This document shows, piece after piece, positions 1 through 9,715 of a stretch of DNA of 64,000 bases. Under the pieces are notes generated by a model. That model was not told the origin of the DNA and did no database searches. It saw only the letters and a list, made by a program, of their open reading frames with translations. Both the position numbers and the translations under genes were made by a program. Each line of letters starts with the position of its first letter. The stretch's first letter is position 1. The stretch comes from Vibrio sp. Of7-15 (GTDB lineage Bacteria; Pseudomonadota; Gammaproteobacteria; Enterobacterales; Vibrionaceae): NCBI RefSeq assembly GCF_022347565.1, contig NZ_JAKRGH010000025.1:1-64000 (forward strand), read 5' to 3'.

Positions 1-100
1 GTTCGTAAGATGGTCGTTATCCTAAACTCAATGCTACGAGATGGCGTCATGTGGGATGAAAGCACAGCTAAAAATTAGTTATTGACGCCATAGTCGTTTG

Positions 101-1258
101 TTATATGCGTGTTTGGGATACTGCATTAAAAACAGATAGCCCAATGACTTCAGCCAACTTAGCAGGTACTGCATTACCTAACTGTCTCATAATTTCACCC
201 CACGCCCCCTCAAACAAATAATCGTCGGGAAACGTTTGTATGCGAGCACTTTCGCGGACAGTAAAATAACGAACACTACCATCTTCATATCTGATCATAT
301 TTTCTCCACCAGGAACGCCGTGAGCTCCAGCTTTTAAAGCTTTAGATGGCTCATCAATATAACTTCCTGTATGCCCTGGATAGATCTTTGCACCATCCTT
401 GAAGATATGCTGGTCATGCTGAGCAGCTACGGGAGATTTTGGATCTGGAAGATCTGAAGTTGCGTCACGTACAGTAACCCAAGGACTTTCAATAGGTCTG
501 AAAAGACCATATTTTTTATGTAGTTTCGCAACTTTCTTGTCTGTACGTTCATCTATACATGGTTTATCTATATTGTGACGTATCCAATATTCACCCGTCA
601 CCCACTTATCCCAGAGCAAACTATCTTCCGAATGAGTTGCCTCAGGAAAAGCCCACTCGGCATCAACGTCAGAGCGAAAGCCAATAATAAACACCCTTTC
701 TCGTTTTTGGGGTACACCGTAGTCAGCTGCATTAACAAGCCTATAAACTACTTTATACTCTAACTCTTCATGCTGAAGCTTTGTATGATACTTTTCTAAA
801 CGACTTCGATGCTCTTCCCAAGTTTCACTTTCTTCTTTCACTACAGATGGGTATTGCAGTTGAAAAATAATGTACTCGAAATACTCTGAAAAATTCTTTC
901 TCAATAAACCCTTAACGTTTTCAAAAATAAACGCTTTCGGCCTCTTTTCTCTGATAGCTCTAACAGCTTCAGGAAACATATCGCGAGAGTCATCATTTCC
1001 TTTAGCCTTTCCCCCAATTGAAAAAGGCTGACATGGGGGGCCACCTGATACTAGATCAATAGCTTCATTGACTTGCTTATAATCAAAGTCAACAACATTA
1101 CCCTCGAACAAACTTTCGCCATAGCCAAAAATAGAGTTTTTTTTCAAAGTGTTACAAGCATGCTTGTTTAGTTCAACAACTGCTTTTGGATTAAAACCAC
1201 TCTTACTTAAACCTATCGCAAGTCCTCCAGCGCCGGCAAAAAGTTCGACTGAATTCAT
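101..1258 (-). CDS. DNA (cytosine-5)-methyltransferase, the type II R-M modification subunit
   Basis: Translation carries the C5-MTase motifs: FAGAGG (motif I, AdoMet binding), GGPPCQPFS (motif IV, catalytic Cys), ENV (motif VI), QKRERVFIIG (motif VIII) and RQLGNAVP (motif X). It sits immediately downstream of a restriction endonuclease gene on the same strand. Confidence 0.9.
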   Translation of the reverse strand: MNSVELFAGAGGLAIGLSKSGFNPKAVVELNKHACNTLKKNSIFGYGESLFEGNVVDFDYKQVNEAIDLVSGGPPCQPFSIGGKAKGNDDSRDMFPEAVRAIREKRPKAFIFENVKGLLRKNFSEYFEYIIFQLQYPSVVKEESETWEEHRSRLEKYHTKLQHEELEYKVVYRLVNAADYGVPQKRERVFIIGFRSDVDAEWAFPEATHSEDSLLWDKWVTGEYWIRHNIDKPCIDERTDKKVAKLHKKYGLFRPIESPWVTVRDATSDLPDPKSPVAAQHDQHIFKDGAKIYPGHTGSYIDEPSKALKAGAHGVPGGENMIRYEDGSVRYFTVRESARIQTFPDDYLFEGAWGEIMRQLGNAVPAKLAEVIGLSVFNAVSQTRI

Positions 1259-1278
1259 TATTAACCCCCAAGTTATCT

Positions 1279-1884
1279 CTATTTTTTGACCGAGTAGTTT
1301 ACCACTTTCTCCATGATGATGTCTTTATCCCTTGGTTCACCAGTAAGCATTTTAACGTAGCTTCGACCAGGGTGGAGAGTGTCCCATTCAGATGGTTGTT
1401 GGTTATACCGCCCCTTACCTGGGGCGTTAATGCCAAAACCATCGATGTAAGAATTCCACAGTGGATTATACTCTCGGATTAAATATGATTCGATTGTACT
1501 TATCATCTCTGTAGCATTACCTTGCAAAATTATAAATCGGCATAGAAAATCATTTTCATCAAGATTTTCCGCCTGAGTAATACTATTACGATGTTTCGCT
1601 AAACGATTCTTAAGTTGGCTGCCAACTTTAGTCGTAAGCCCCTGCCTAGAACCTGTTGGGACAGCTTTACCAACATAGATTGGATACATTGCAGGTAGCG
1701 CTCCTTGGTAACAAGTTTCGTCCGTTGATTTCAAATATAGAGCATAAACACCAACGCCATTAAAGGAAGGGATGTTTGTCATCTGGTAAAAAGGGGTTTG
1801 TTCAAAGAAATCAATAGTAGGTTTAACTATTGCGTCTATCTGTTGATCTGAAATACTTGCGATATGGTTATTAATATCAAACAA
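1279..1884 (-). CDS. Eco29kI-family (GIY-YIG) type II restriction endonuclease
   Basis: The GIY-YIG core GVYALY...PIYVGKAVP is present. Conserved blocks FLCRFIIL, MISTIE, YNPLWN, DGFGINAPGKGR and WDTLHPGR match my recollection of the Eco29kI/Cfr42I family (recognition CCGCGG). Its size of 201 aa fits, and it is coupled to the C5-MTase 20 bp downstream. Confidence 0.8.
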   Translation of the reverse strand: MFDINNHIASISDQQIDAIVKPTIDFFEQTPFYQMTNIPSFNGVGVYALYLKSTDETCYQGALPAMYPIYVGKAVPTGSRQGLTTKVGSQLKNRLAKHRNSITQAENLDENDFLCRFIILQGNATEMISTIESYLIREYNPLWNSYIDGFGINAPGKGRYNQQPSEWDTLHPGRSYVKMLTGEPRDKDIIMEKVVNYSVKK

Positions 1885-2083
1885 TTATACATCCTCATTA
1901 ATTGCTAATTTTATTACTTGCATACTAGAGTGATTCTATACGTTTCGCGACAGAAAAGCATATAACGCCGCATTAAGTTGTGAGCAACGCTGCCACATTA
2001 CCTAAACACTTCACCGTAATCACCAAACCAATTGAAACCAAAAGTGCCGAGCGTTGCGAATCAGCTTGAATTGCTTGTTAGCA

Positions 2084-2731
2084 CTATTTTCCTGATTTGG
2101 CTAAAGAACTATAAACCAGATCTACAAAGAATGAACCGTGCCAGTCCTCTTCTAACGAAGGATTCACTGTATCTGGAGCTTTTCCAAGAATTTCTCTAAC
2201 TTGTCGATAGGCAATTGAACGCTCACCCAGCATCAGAACTTTTTGTTGATGCTCTGGGGGCAACATTTTGTATTTTTTCCAAGTATCAAATATATGCTCA
2301 GCCAACGATTGACTACACGAAAACCACTCACCTTGACGACGTAAACTAGCAAATTGCTTATGAAGCTCAGCTTCTCTTTCACTACCTCCAGGTTCAAGGG
2401 CGTGAATAACCAAGTCGCCATAAGTGCCCGTCTGTAGGTTTTTAAGACGTTGAAGAACATTTTTAGAACGACCAATTTTAACAAACAAACCATGATATGG
2501 ATGAGCGTCAACAGCTGGTCCAGGCCATGTGTCAGGAACTTGAATAATATAGTAAATGCTATCGACACCACCGTCGGCGACGCGGTTAGCCCAATTACAC
2601 CAATCTTCAGCCCACTGCACTGCTTTGGAGCGAGAGCCAAAATGTTCTGTCGTGAAGTAAAAGTCACCATCATCATGGTAAATATCTGCTACGAAACGAC
2701 CACATTTACATTTTCGTACTTCTGAATCCAT
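2084..2731 (-). CDS. T5orf172 (GIY-YIG superfamily) domain protein with an N-terminal Cys-rich element
   Basis: The segment GLFVKIGRSKNVLQRLKNLQTGTYGDLVIHALEPGGSEREAELHKQFASLRRQGEWF is the characteristic T5orf172/MUG113 signature (KIG.S.N..RL..LQTG...L......E..LH..F...R..GEWF). The N-terminus has CKCGRF and more Cys/His. It lies directly upstream of the R-M pair on the same strand. Confidence 0.65.
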   Translation of the reverse strand: MDSEVRKCKCGRFVADIYHDDGDFYFTTEHFGSRSKAVQWAEDWCNWANRVADGGVDSIYYIIQVPDTWPGPAVDAHPYHGLFVKIGRSKNVLQRLKNLQTGTYGDLVIHALEPGGSEREAELHKQFASLRRQGEWFSCSQSLAEHIFDTWKKYKMLPPEHQQKVLMLGERSIAYRQVREILGKAPDTVNPSLEEDWHGSFFVDLVYSSLAKSGK

Positions 2732-3154
2732 TTACTATCTCCGAATAGTGCTAACATTAACTATATGGCTTAGATCCGTATATATCTGGGTTTTGGGGGA
2801 GATATACGGATTTGAACCATATATACCGAACTCAGAATAGGTTCACAAAAATAGCCATAAATGTATCATTAATTGTACATACAAATGGAAGTAATCTGAA
2901 CTATACACATAAGAAATCAACTTTCATTCTGTAAAACTTCGCATCTATCCCATTAGCCTACCCATTCTTCCAATTTCAGGAAGTTTTATCTGTTCCAATT
3001 CAGGATTTGTTGATCTTAATGTACATGATTATAAAAACGAAAAGATGATGAGGGTTGTGTATTTTCCCCACCAAGTAGAGAGGCGGAAGTGCCGGATGAA
3101 AGCGTGTTGTACCTTTTAGTTGAAACAAACTAAACACAGTAATTCAATTAAATA

Positions 3155-3179
3155 ATGGGGCTCTGATAGTAAGCCCCAT
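3155..3179 (-). terminator. Rho-independent terminator candidate downstream of the MCP gene
   Basis: A perfect 8-bp inverted repeat ATGGGGCT / AGCCCCAT with a 9-nt loop sits about 55 bp after the MCP stop. The minus strand reads stem then TATTTAATT. Confidence 0.5.
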
Positions 3180-3232
3180 TTGTGGTTTTAAGCTCTCAAA
3201 CTTCAAGAGCATTTTCTAATATAGCCTGTCAA

Positions 3233-5113
3233 TTACACGTCGAAACGTTCCACAGATTGTTGTAACTCTTTCGCCATGCCTTGTAGCTCGCTTGCGCGCT
3301 GAGTATTTTGGCTAGACACATCAAAAGTGGTTTTCGCCATGTCGTTAATGTCCATGATGCTTTGATTGATCTCATTGGCTACGTGGCTTTGTTCTTGAGC
3401 CGATGTCGCAATGTGATCATTCATGTCATTGATCATCGATACCGCCACCAAAATCGAATCCAAAGCCGCATTTGCTTCATCGGATTTTGACGCCGTTAAC
3501 TGGGCTTCTGTCATATTCTCACGCATTAAGTTCGTTGAGTTACTGGCTTTCACTTGCAAACTGCCAATCATTTCTTGAATTTCTTGGGTGCTTTGCTTAG
3601 TACGGTTTGCTAGGTTGCGCACTTCGTCTGCCACAACAGAAAAACCTCGACCTTGCTCGCCAGCACGTGCAGCTTCTATGGCCGCATTAAGTGCCAACAA
3701 GTTAGTTTGCTCTGAGATATCATCAATCACTTGCAAAATACTGCTGATGTTATGTGATTCTTGCTCTAATTCCGTGGTTACTTCCACTACCTTCTCAACA
3801 CCAGTGACAAGCTGAGACAATTCAGAGTTCATTTCTTTAACGATTTGAATACCATCTTCTGAACGTTCCGTCGCTTCGCGTGCAGAGCTCGATGCTTTTG
3901 AAGCGCTTTGAGCCACTTCTTCTACCGTTAGCGTCATTTCATGCATGGCAGTAGAGGTTTGCTCTAATTGGCGTAACTGACTTTCCGATGAACTGCGCAC
4001 TGTACCGGCTGAATCGGCAATGGCACTGGAGAACGATCCCAATGTACTTGACGCAGTGCGAATATCCACAATGATGGTTTTCAGGTTTTCAATCATAGAA
4101 ATTACCGCCCCATAAACACCACCACGTCGTTCAACATGAGCACTATCTAAACGAAGATCGCCATCAGCGGCATTTTTCACCATAGATTCGATATGACTTG
4201 GCTCACCACCAAGAGGCACATACATAATTTTATGAATGATGAAGTAGCTGCATACCAGAGAAATAGCAATCAATACTAAGGCCATGCTAAGAGTTGAAAC
4301 CAGGTTATCTGTCGACGCTTTAAAAATGTTATCTGATGCTTCAAAAGCCCAGATGCTCCACCCCAAAGTCGGAGAAATGCCATTCACAACAAAAAATTCT
4401 GTGCCATCAAACTCATAGTAGTGGCTAGAGCCATTTTGATGACGATATTCTGCATAACTAGGACGAATATCAAAAATGTTTTTACCAATATTGCCTGAGT
4501 CTTGTGATGACATGATGAAACCATCTTGTCTCACCGCAAACAAATTATTTTCTTTTGATAAAGTGCCAACAAACTTAGTAATGCCATTAATGCCAATATT
4601 AACACCCAAGATGCCTTTAACTTGGAAGCCATCTTTAATAGGTACCACCAGCGACATCACAATGTCACCCGATTTCGAGGCATAAGGGGTTGTGATCACA
4701 TAATCTTCAGCTGCCATACCACGTGTGTACCACTCTCGATTCTGCGTTTTGGCATTAAAATTTGGTACGACGCCAGAAGAGAAATACGCGATGCCGTCAG
4801 CTCGGCCATAAAATGCGTTCACAATATCAAAGTCTTGCTCCAGCTTTTTTAATGTCGCAAGTAATGAGCGCTCATCCACACTTCCTTGACCATCAAACTC
4901 AATAGCATACGATGCAGATTTCAACGCATCAAATCGACGCAAAACACGTTGTTCAACACTGGAGGCAATAAGAGAGGCTTGATTCGTCAAACTCTCATGG
5001 AAATTACCCACTGAAGAGGCTTGAAAAGATCGGTAGCTAAAAGTAGCAATAAGGGCAATGATAATGGCAGACAAAAGGCCATAGGAAGTCAGTAACTTAT
5101 ATTTAGCACTCAT
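3233..5113 (-). CDS. Methyl-accepting chemotaxis protein with a Cache-type periplasmic sensor
   Basis: It has an N-terminal TM, a periplasmic region, a second TM, a HAMP domain and a C-terminal MCP signalling domain ([29 protein letters not shown], highly conserved hairpin). Length is 626 aa. Confidence 0.9.
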   Translation of the reverse strand: MSAKYKLLTSYGLLSAIIIALIATFSYRSFQASSVGNFHESLTNQASLIASSVEQRVLRRFDALKSASYAIEFDGQGSVDERSLLATLKKLEQDFDIVNAFYGRADGIAYFSSGVVPNFNAKTQNREWYTRGMAAEDYVITTPYASKSGDIVMSLVVPIKDGFQVKGILGVNIGINGITKFVGTLSKENNLFAVRQDGFIMSSQDSGNIGKNIFDIRPSYAEYRHQNGSSHYYEFDGTEFFVVNGISPTLGWSIWAFEASDNIFKASTDNLVSTLSMALVLIAISLVCSYFIIHKIMYVPLGGEPSHIESMVKNAADGDLRLDSAHVERRGGVYGAVISMIENLKTIIVDIRTASSTLGSFSSAIADSAGTVRSSSESQLRQLEQTSTAMHEMTLTVEEVAQSASKASSSAREATERSEDGIQIVKEMNSELSQLVTGVEKVVEVTTELEQESHNISSILQVIDDISEQTNLLALNAAIEAARAGEQGRGFSVVADEVRNLANRTKQSTQEIQEMIGSLQVKASNSTNLMRENMTEAQLTASKSDEANAALDSILVAVSMINDMNDHIATSAQEQSHVANEINQSIMDINDMAKTTFDVSSQNTQRASELQGMAKELQQSVERFDV

Positions 5114-5493
5114 TTAAGTTCTCATTTTATTGGACAATAATTGCACTTATTATACAAAATAATGATATGTAGATCACACTTTATATTATGATTGTATGAA
5201 TTTACTTCCAAAATACCGGTGTAAAAAGACGAGGGTAATACTTAAACTCTAATTTGATGACTATTTAAAAACAATTAAGTTACCGAATTGGAACACCGCT
5301 TTTTGCTGGTTAACTTAAGAATAACGACAGTAATAATTTAAATAATTGCACTGGTTCCCATTCTGCGATTTCATCTGTAAAGTACGCGCCACCCTCCGTA
5401 TGCATCGTATGTGTAATCATGGAAGGTAAGATAGGAGCAAGAATGCTTTTTTGCTCTATGCTTGAAGCAAGTAGCCAAATGTAGCCACACAAT

Positions 5494-5805
5494 GTGATTA
5501 TGATGGCCTCAAGCAAGTCAATAAATGAAGTAAATAAGAGTATTAAACACATGAATAGCGAACTTGATGTAATTGATAACCTCGAAGAGTTAGAACGTTT
5601 TCTGATCTCAGTGGAAGACGGCGGTTTTGGTTTAGAAGACGTTTCTGGCGTCGGTATGGCAACAAACAACTCCGATGGACGTCATTTTGTTGCGGTATTC
5701 GACAGTAATCAGAAGCTACTGCTCGCACGCTGGGTAACTCAAGAAGTGTTTGAAAATGGTAAAGACATGGTGCGTAATGGGCCAAAACGTACCCTCAATT
5801 CATAA
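5494..5805 (+). CDS. Hypothetical small cytoplasmic protein
   Basis: A 103-aa ORF of non-repetitive composition. The real start is possibly ATG at 5552 (MNSELDVIDNLEEL). The overlapping minus-strand ORF 5310..5669 is low-complexity and less plausible. Confidence 0.35.
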   Translation: MIMMASSKSINEVNKSIKHMNSELDVIDNLEELERFLISVEDGGFGLEDVSGVGMATNNSDGRHFVAVFDSNQKLLLARWVTQEVFENGKDMVRNGPKRTLNS

Positions 5806-6000
5806 GCGAACATAGCCTCTGCTAGCCATTCCTATTTTACAGCTTTCAACAAACTCAACATCTGCTGAAGGCTGTTCTCTCCTCTGTTTCTAGGTTTCCT
5901 CGAAATACACCTCGTTAGCAGGTTACTCCAGCTATTTTCATTCTCTATTGAAACCTAGAATGACGAATGAAATCAGCAGACCTAACGGTAGACTATCAGA

Positions 6001-7038
6001 CTATTCCACTACGTATACATACCACAGTACCTCATTACGTTGTTCTATCTTGATTTGAATTCCCGTCATTTGCTCAATCACCTTCGCATTGGTGATGGTG
6101 TGTAAGCTAGGTTGGGTGGTTGTGAAACTACCGCTTCCTGCCAGCGCGATCAGCAATAACAATTGATCCGCTAAATGTTCTTCGACAGCCGCTTGAGAAT
6201 GAAGGAATTTATTCACTCGACCCGCCGCTCGTTTTGCTACTCTTTCGGCAGAGACTCCCAACTCGCCAACGACTTCAAACACATTACGATGAAAACTACT
6301 TTGAATGCTTAATTGAAAACTGTTACCAGGCCCTGGGCTTACAACATCTTGCACTTGGCTTGTGGCACCTTGCCAATTCAAGATGCTCTGAGCAGTGCGT
6401 ATTTCGCGTCGCCCAATACTCTCAGGGAGTGAGCAGATCAAAGCATGAAGGGAACAATTATGCAGATCTTGAGCAAAACCACTCCCCGATTCTAACAAAT
6501 GAACTGGCCTTAGCTTTTCAGTTGGCTCAATACCAAGTCGCCACTTACCGCCACCAGCAGGGTAAAATCCAAAGCGTATCGTTTTTATGTCACATTTACC
6601 CCCCATATGCCTCAATATGGGCAGATACGACTGCTCTAAAAAACTTAACGAAGGCGACATGCCATTATGGGTTCCCCCTTCAAAGGTGACCGTCGATTTT
6701 TCTTTAGCCAAAGCCAACACAGGTAAGATAGTCTGACAAACTAGCACCGTACTGCCCGCCGTGCCAATGGCAAAATGAAAATGACCTGCTTTTACTCGGC
6801 CGGGAGAAAATCGAATGCGTGTAGATCCAAGCTCTACTCCTTCTGTTGTAGCACCACAAATCTCTTGAGCCGCCAACACCGACGTTAGATGCTGACGCAA
6901 GAGCCCTGGTTTTTTTCTTTTTGATCTAAGGTTAATTAATTCAATATTTGTCTGAGTAAGAATGGATAGTGTCAGTGCTGTTCTAAGTATCTGACCGCCA
7001 CCTTCCCCTTGAGAACCATCAATCACTAAATAAGACAT
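6001..7038 (-). CDS. rtcA: RNA 3'-terminal phosphate cyclase
   Basis: N-terminal DGSQGEGGGQILRTALTLS is the RtcA signature. Length is 345 aa, and it is the last gene of an operon with rtcB. Confidence 0.9.
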   Translation of the reverse strand: MSYLVIDGSQGEGGGQILRTALTLSILTQTNIELINLRSKRKKPGLLRQHLTSVLAAQEICGATTEGVELGSTRIRFSPGRVKAGHFHFAIGTAGSTVLVCQTILPVLALAKEKSTVTFEGGTHNGMSPSLSFLEQSYLPILRHMGGKCDIKTIRFGFYPAGGGKWRLGIEPTEKLRPVHLLESGSGFAQDLHNCSLHALICSLPESIGRREIRTAQSILNWQGATSQVQDVVSPGPGNSFQLSIQSSFHRNVFEVVGELGVSAERVAKRAAGRVNKFLHSQAAVEEHLADQLLLLIALAGSGSFTTTQPSLHTITNAKVIEQMTGIQIKIEQRNEVLWYVYVVE

Positions 7039-7056
7039 GCTTCTGCCCTTTGTTGT

Positions 7057-8280
7057 TTAACCTTTCACACACACCACTTGTTTTAAGGTGTGCACCACCT
7101 CCACCAAGTCTTTTTGGGCGTCCATCACCTTCTCAATGTCTTTATACGCATGAGGGATCTCATCAATCACTGAAGCGTCTTTTCTGCACTCGACACCAGC
7201 CGTAGCTTTTACCTGATCATCAATGTTATACACCTTTTTGGCCTGAGTACGAGACATCACTCGGCCTGCCCCATGGCTACAACTGTTAAAACTATCAGGA
7301 TTTCCTAATCCGCGGACAATAAACGATCGCGCCCCCATACTACCTGGAATAATGCCTAACTCACCTTTTTCAGCGCGCACCGCTCCTTTGCGGGTAACAT
7401 AACACTCTTTGCCAAAATGCTTTTCCCGCGAAATGTAGTTATGGTGACAATTCACCGCCAACTCAGCGGTGGAGAACTCGACCGGCAGCTGTTTCCTAAG
7501 TGCAGAAATGGCATTAAACATCATAATTTCACGGTTTTTAGCGGCAAAATCTTGTGCCCACTCTACCGCTTCAACGTAATCTTCAAAATACTCGCTTCCT
7601 TCTTCAAGGTAAGCCAAATCCATATCAGGTAAGTTCATCTGATGGCGCTGCATTTCTTTTTTAGCCAGCTCAATAAAATAAGTGCCAATTCGGTTTCCTA
7701 CTCCTCGGCTTCCTGAGTGCAACATGATCCACACGGCATCATTTTCATCTAAACACAGCTCTAAGAAGTGATTGCCCGTTCCCATTGTGCCTAGGTGCTT
7801 CACATGATTGCTTTTTTTGATGGCTGGATGTTTCGCGCATATTTTCTCAAAGCGAGCTTCTAACTTCAGCCATTCCTTCGCGACAACCTCGGGAACATTG
7901 TGCCATGCGCCCCTGTCTGCTCTTCCTCGCCCACTCGTTCTCCCATGAGGCACCGCAGCTTCAAAAGCGTGTCTAATCGCTGATAGGTTATCGGGTAATT
8001 GACTTGCCATTAGTGTTGTTTTGGTTGCGACCATACCACAGCCAATATCTACCCCGACTGCCGCAGGAATAACAGCATCAACCGATGGGATCACACTGCC
8101 AATAGTCGCCCCTTTCCCCAAATGCACATCAGGCATCACCGCAATATGAGAATGCACCAAAGGCATCTTCGCAATATTAGTTAACTGCTGCTGTGCTTTT
8201 TCATCAAACGGCACGCCTTTTGTCCATGATTTGATGGTTGCGTGCCCTTTTTTTTCAATAACATCATAATTTTTACACAT
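7057..8280 (-). CDS. rtcB: RNA-splicing ligase RtcB
   Basis: A 407-aa protein with RtcB hallmarks: HSGSRGVGN, NCHHNY and metal-binding His/Cys. It is 18 bp upstream of rtcA. Confidence 0.9.
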   Translation of the reverse strand: MCKNYDVIEKKGHATIKSWTKGVPFDEKAQQQLTNIAKMPLVHSHIAVMPDVHLGKGATIGSVIPSVDAVIPAAVGVDIGCGMVATKTTLMASQLPDNLSAIRHAFEAAVPHGRTSGRGRADRGAWHNVPEVVAKEWLKLEARFEKICAKHPAIKKSNHVKHLGTMGTGNHFLELCLDENDAVWIMLHSGSRGVGNRIGTYFIELAKKEMQRHQMNLPDMDLAYLEEGSEYFEDYVEAVEWAQDFAAKNREIMMFNAISALRKQLPVEFSTAELAVNCHHNYISREKHFGKECYVTRKGAVRAEKGELGIIPGSMGARSFIVRGLGNPDSFNSCSHGAGRVMSRTQAKKVYNIDDQVKATAGVECRKDASVIDEIPHAYKDIEKVMDAQKDLVEVVHTLKQVVCVKG

Positions 8281-8329
8281 TGTTTTACCTTTCTATCTGT
8301 TTATTTTTATAACTCAGAGCCCTGAAGCA

Positions 8330-9484
8330 TTAAGCAACTTTCACAACACCGTTCATCAAACCGTCTAAACCACCGTAAACCGTTAAGCTATCAATGCGCT
8401 CTGCGACTTTTTCGAGGGCTTCTAACTCTTTTAGTCGCATTAAGGTTGGGTTGTTTTCCATCACTTTTGCTGTGTTGTGTAAACTTCGTGTTGCGCTGGT
8501 TTCTTCACGCCTTTTGATCACGTTGGCTTCAGCGGCTTTTTGCGCTTCCACGACTTGATTGAGGATTGCTTTCATTTCGCCCGGTAAAATGATGTCTTTC
8601 ACACCAACGCTCAACAGCGCAATCCCTATGTTAGACAAACGCGCTACAACTAACTCTTTCACGGTTTCGTTGACGTATAATTTATCCAATAAGATATCAT
8701 CGAGTGACTTAGTCCCCACCGCTTCCCTTAAAGCCAGTTGCAAAGTTTTATAAATAAAGTCTCCTACGTCATCGACACTGCGCGCCGCCAGCTCAGCGTC
8801 ATTCACTTGGATACTGGCATTTAAATTAATACGCAGACTCACCCTATCTTTACTCAAGATCTCCTGACCAGAAATCTCCAACATTTGCGCTCGACAATCG
8901 AACGACTTCACTTCGACTGTATGATTGAATTGCCAAAAACCATGCTGACCCGGCGTTAGTTGCTTAACAAGCTGTCCGTTCACATACAGCAAGCCGATAT
9001 GATTTTTAGCCACATAAAGATCCGCAATCGGCTTAATGGCCACCGTTTGATCGTTTTTGATCAGCCTCGCCGCCGTATTTGCTCCAGCACGATTAATCAA
9101 AAAAAGAGCGTGCTCATCGACATTAATATTGTCTTCAATAGGCACTGTGTCTAACCGTATTTCACCGCTCTCCTTCCACAGATATAAATGAGTGCTGGGG
9201 GCAACCACTCCTCTTAGCAAATCATTCACATACAATAAGCCAGCTTCTGTACTTCCTAGCTGGTAATGAGAAATGTGCTCACTTAATTCCGGATAATGAC
9301 GATATAATCTTTCTGCATTCTTTTCTTTAAAGTACAAATCATTAATATCAAAAGTTATGCATTCCAATTCATTTTTTATGTCCCACATGTGGTACTTACC
9401 CGGAGTTAATACCCTGTCTAGTGCTTGGTTCTTAAACACCAATACTCGTTGGTTTTCAGCCACTATTTGCGTTTTTCTCAACAT
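8330..9484 (-). CDS. SPFH/band-7 (slipin-like) domain protein, first cistron of the rtcBA operon
   Basis: The C-terminal half shows a band-7 pattern (LSKDRVSLRINLNASIQV...IGIALLSVGVKDIILPGEMKAILNQVVEAQKAAEANVIKRREETSA...). It lies 49 bp upstream of rtcB on the same strand. Confidence 0.6.
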   Translation of the reverse strand: MLRKTQIVAENQRVLVFKNQALDRVLTPGKYHMWDIKNELECITFDINDLYFKEKNAERLYRHYPELSEHISHYQLGSTEAGLLYVNDLLRGVVAPSTHLYLWKESGEIRLDTVPIEDNINVDEHALFLINRAGANTAARLIKNDQTVAIKPIADLYVAKNHIGLLYVNGQLVKQLTPGQHGFWQFNHTVEVKSFDCRAQMLEISGQEILSKDRVSLRINLNASIQVNDAELAARSVDDVGDFIYKTLQLALREAVGTKSLDDILLDKLYVNETVKELVVARLSNIGIALLSVGVKDIILPGEMKAILNQVVEAQKAAEANVIKRREETSATRSLHNTAKVMENNPTLMRLKELEALEKVAERIDSLTVYGGLDGLMNGVVKVA

Positions 9485-9654
9485 CGTTAACCTCTGCGCT
9501 TAAATGGGGTGTTAGTAAGGGTGATATGCGTATTTAACAAAGGCCCAAGACTGCATTACAGCGGGGAGCGTCCTGCTTGCCACTACGTATTCGTACTCGG
9601 CATTCATCAAACATTGGCACTCACGACTTACTAACTCTTTTACTTACAAATGAA

Positions 9655-9715
9655 AAATGATTGGGATTTGAACCCTAACAATCCGAAACCATTGTTCGGT
9701 GTTTTACCTGTATGT
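9655..9715 (-). ncRNA. Second, partial tRNA-like module (stem-loop plus T-arm)
   Basis: Minus-strand CCGAA-CAATGGT-TTCGG ... GGGTTCAAATCCC gives a 5-bp stem with a 7-nt loop, then a T-arm-like GGGTTCAAATCCC. It sits directly 3' of the complete tRNA-like element. Confidence 0.4.

Noticed and set aside
575-763. Short +strand ORF inside the methyltransferase gene; the same applies to the antisense/overlapping ORFs 2233..2676, 2450..2725, 3308..3490, 3588..3815, 4476..4852, 6234..6689, 7417..7632, 10984..11433, 14813..15115, 16123..17014, 23234..23572, 26436..26765, 49010..49506 and others.
   Set aside because: Each is embedded in or antisense to a longer ORF with clear family signatures, has low-complexity or atypical composition, and has no independent support. 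They are treated as frame shadows.
5310-5669. Minus-strand 119-aa ORF overlapping ORF 5494..5805.
   Set aside because: It is Ser/Leu/Ile-rich low-complexity sequence. The +strand ORF has more protein-like composition, though neither is confidently a gene.
5494-5805. Barstar-like RNase inhibitor next to the rtc locus.
   Set aside because: The barstar signature (YFG.N.DAL.D) is absent.
9557-9574. Second sigma54-like site (minus strand TGGCAAG-N4-ACGCT) just upstream of the SPFH gene.
   Set aside because: It keeps the GG-N10-GC spacing but the -12 element is poor. It is retained only as an alternative to the stronger 9886-9903 site.
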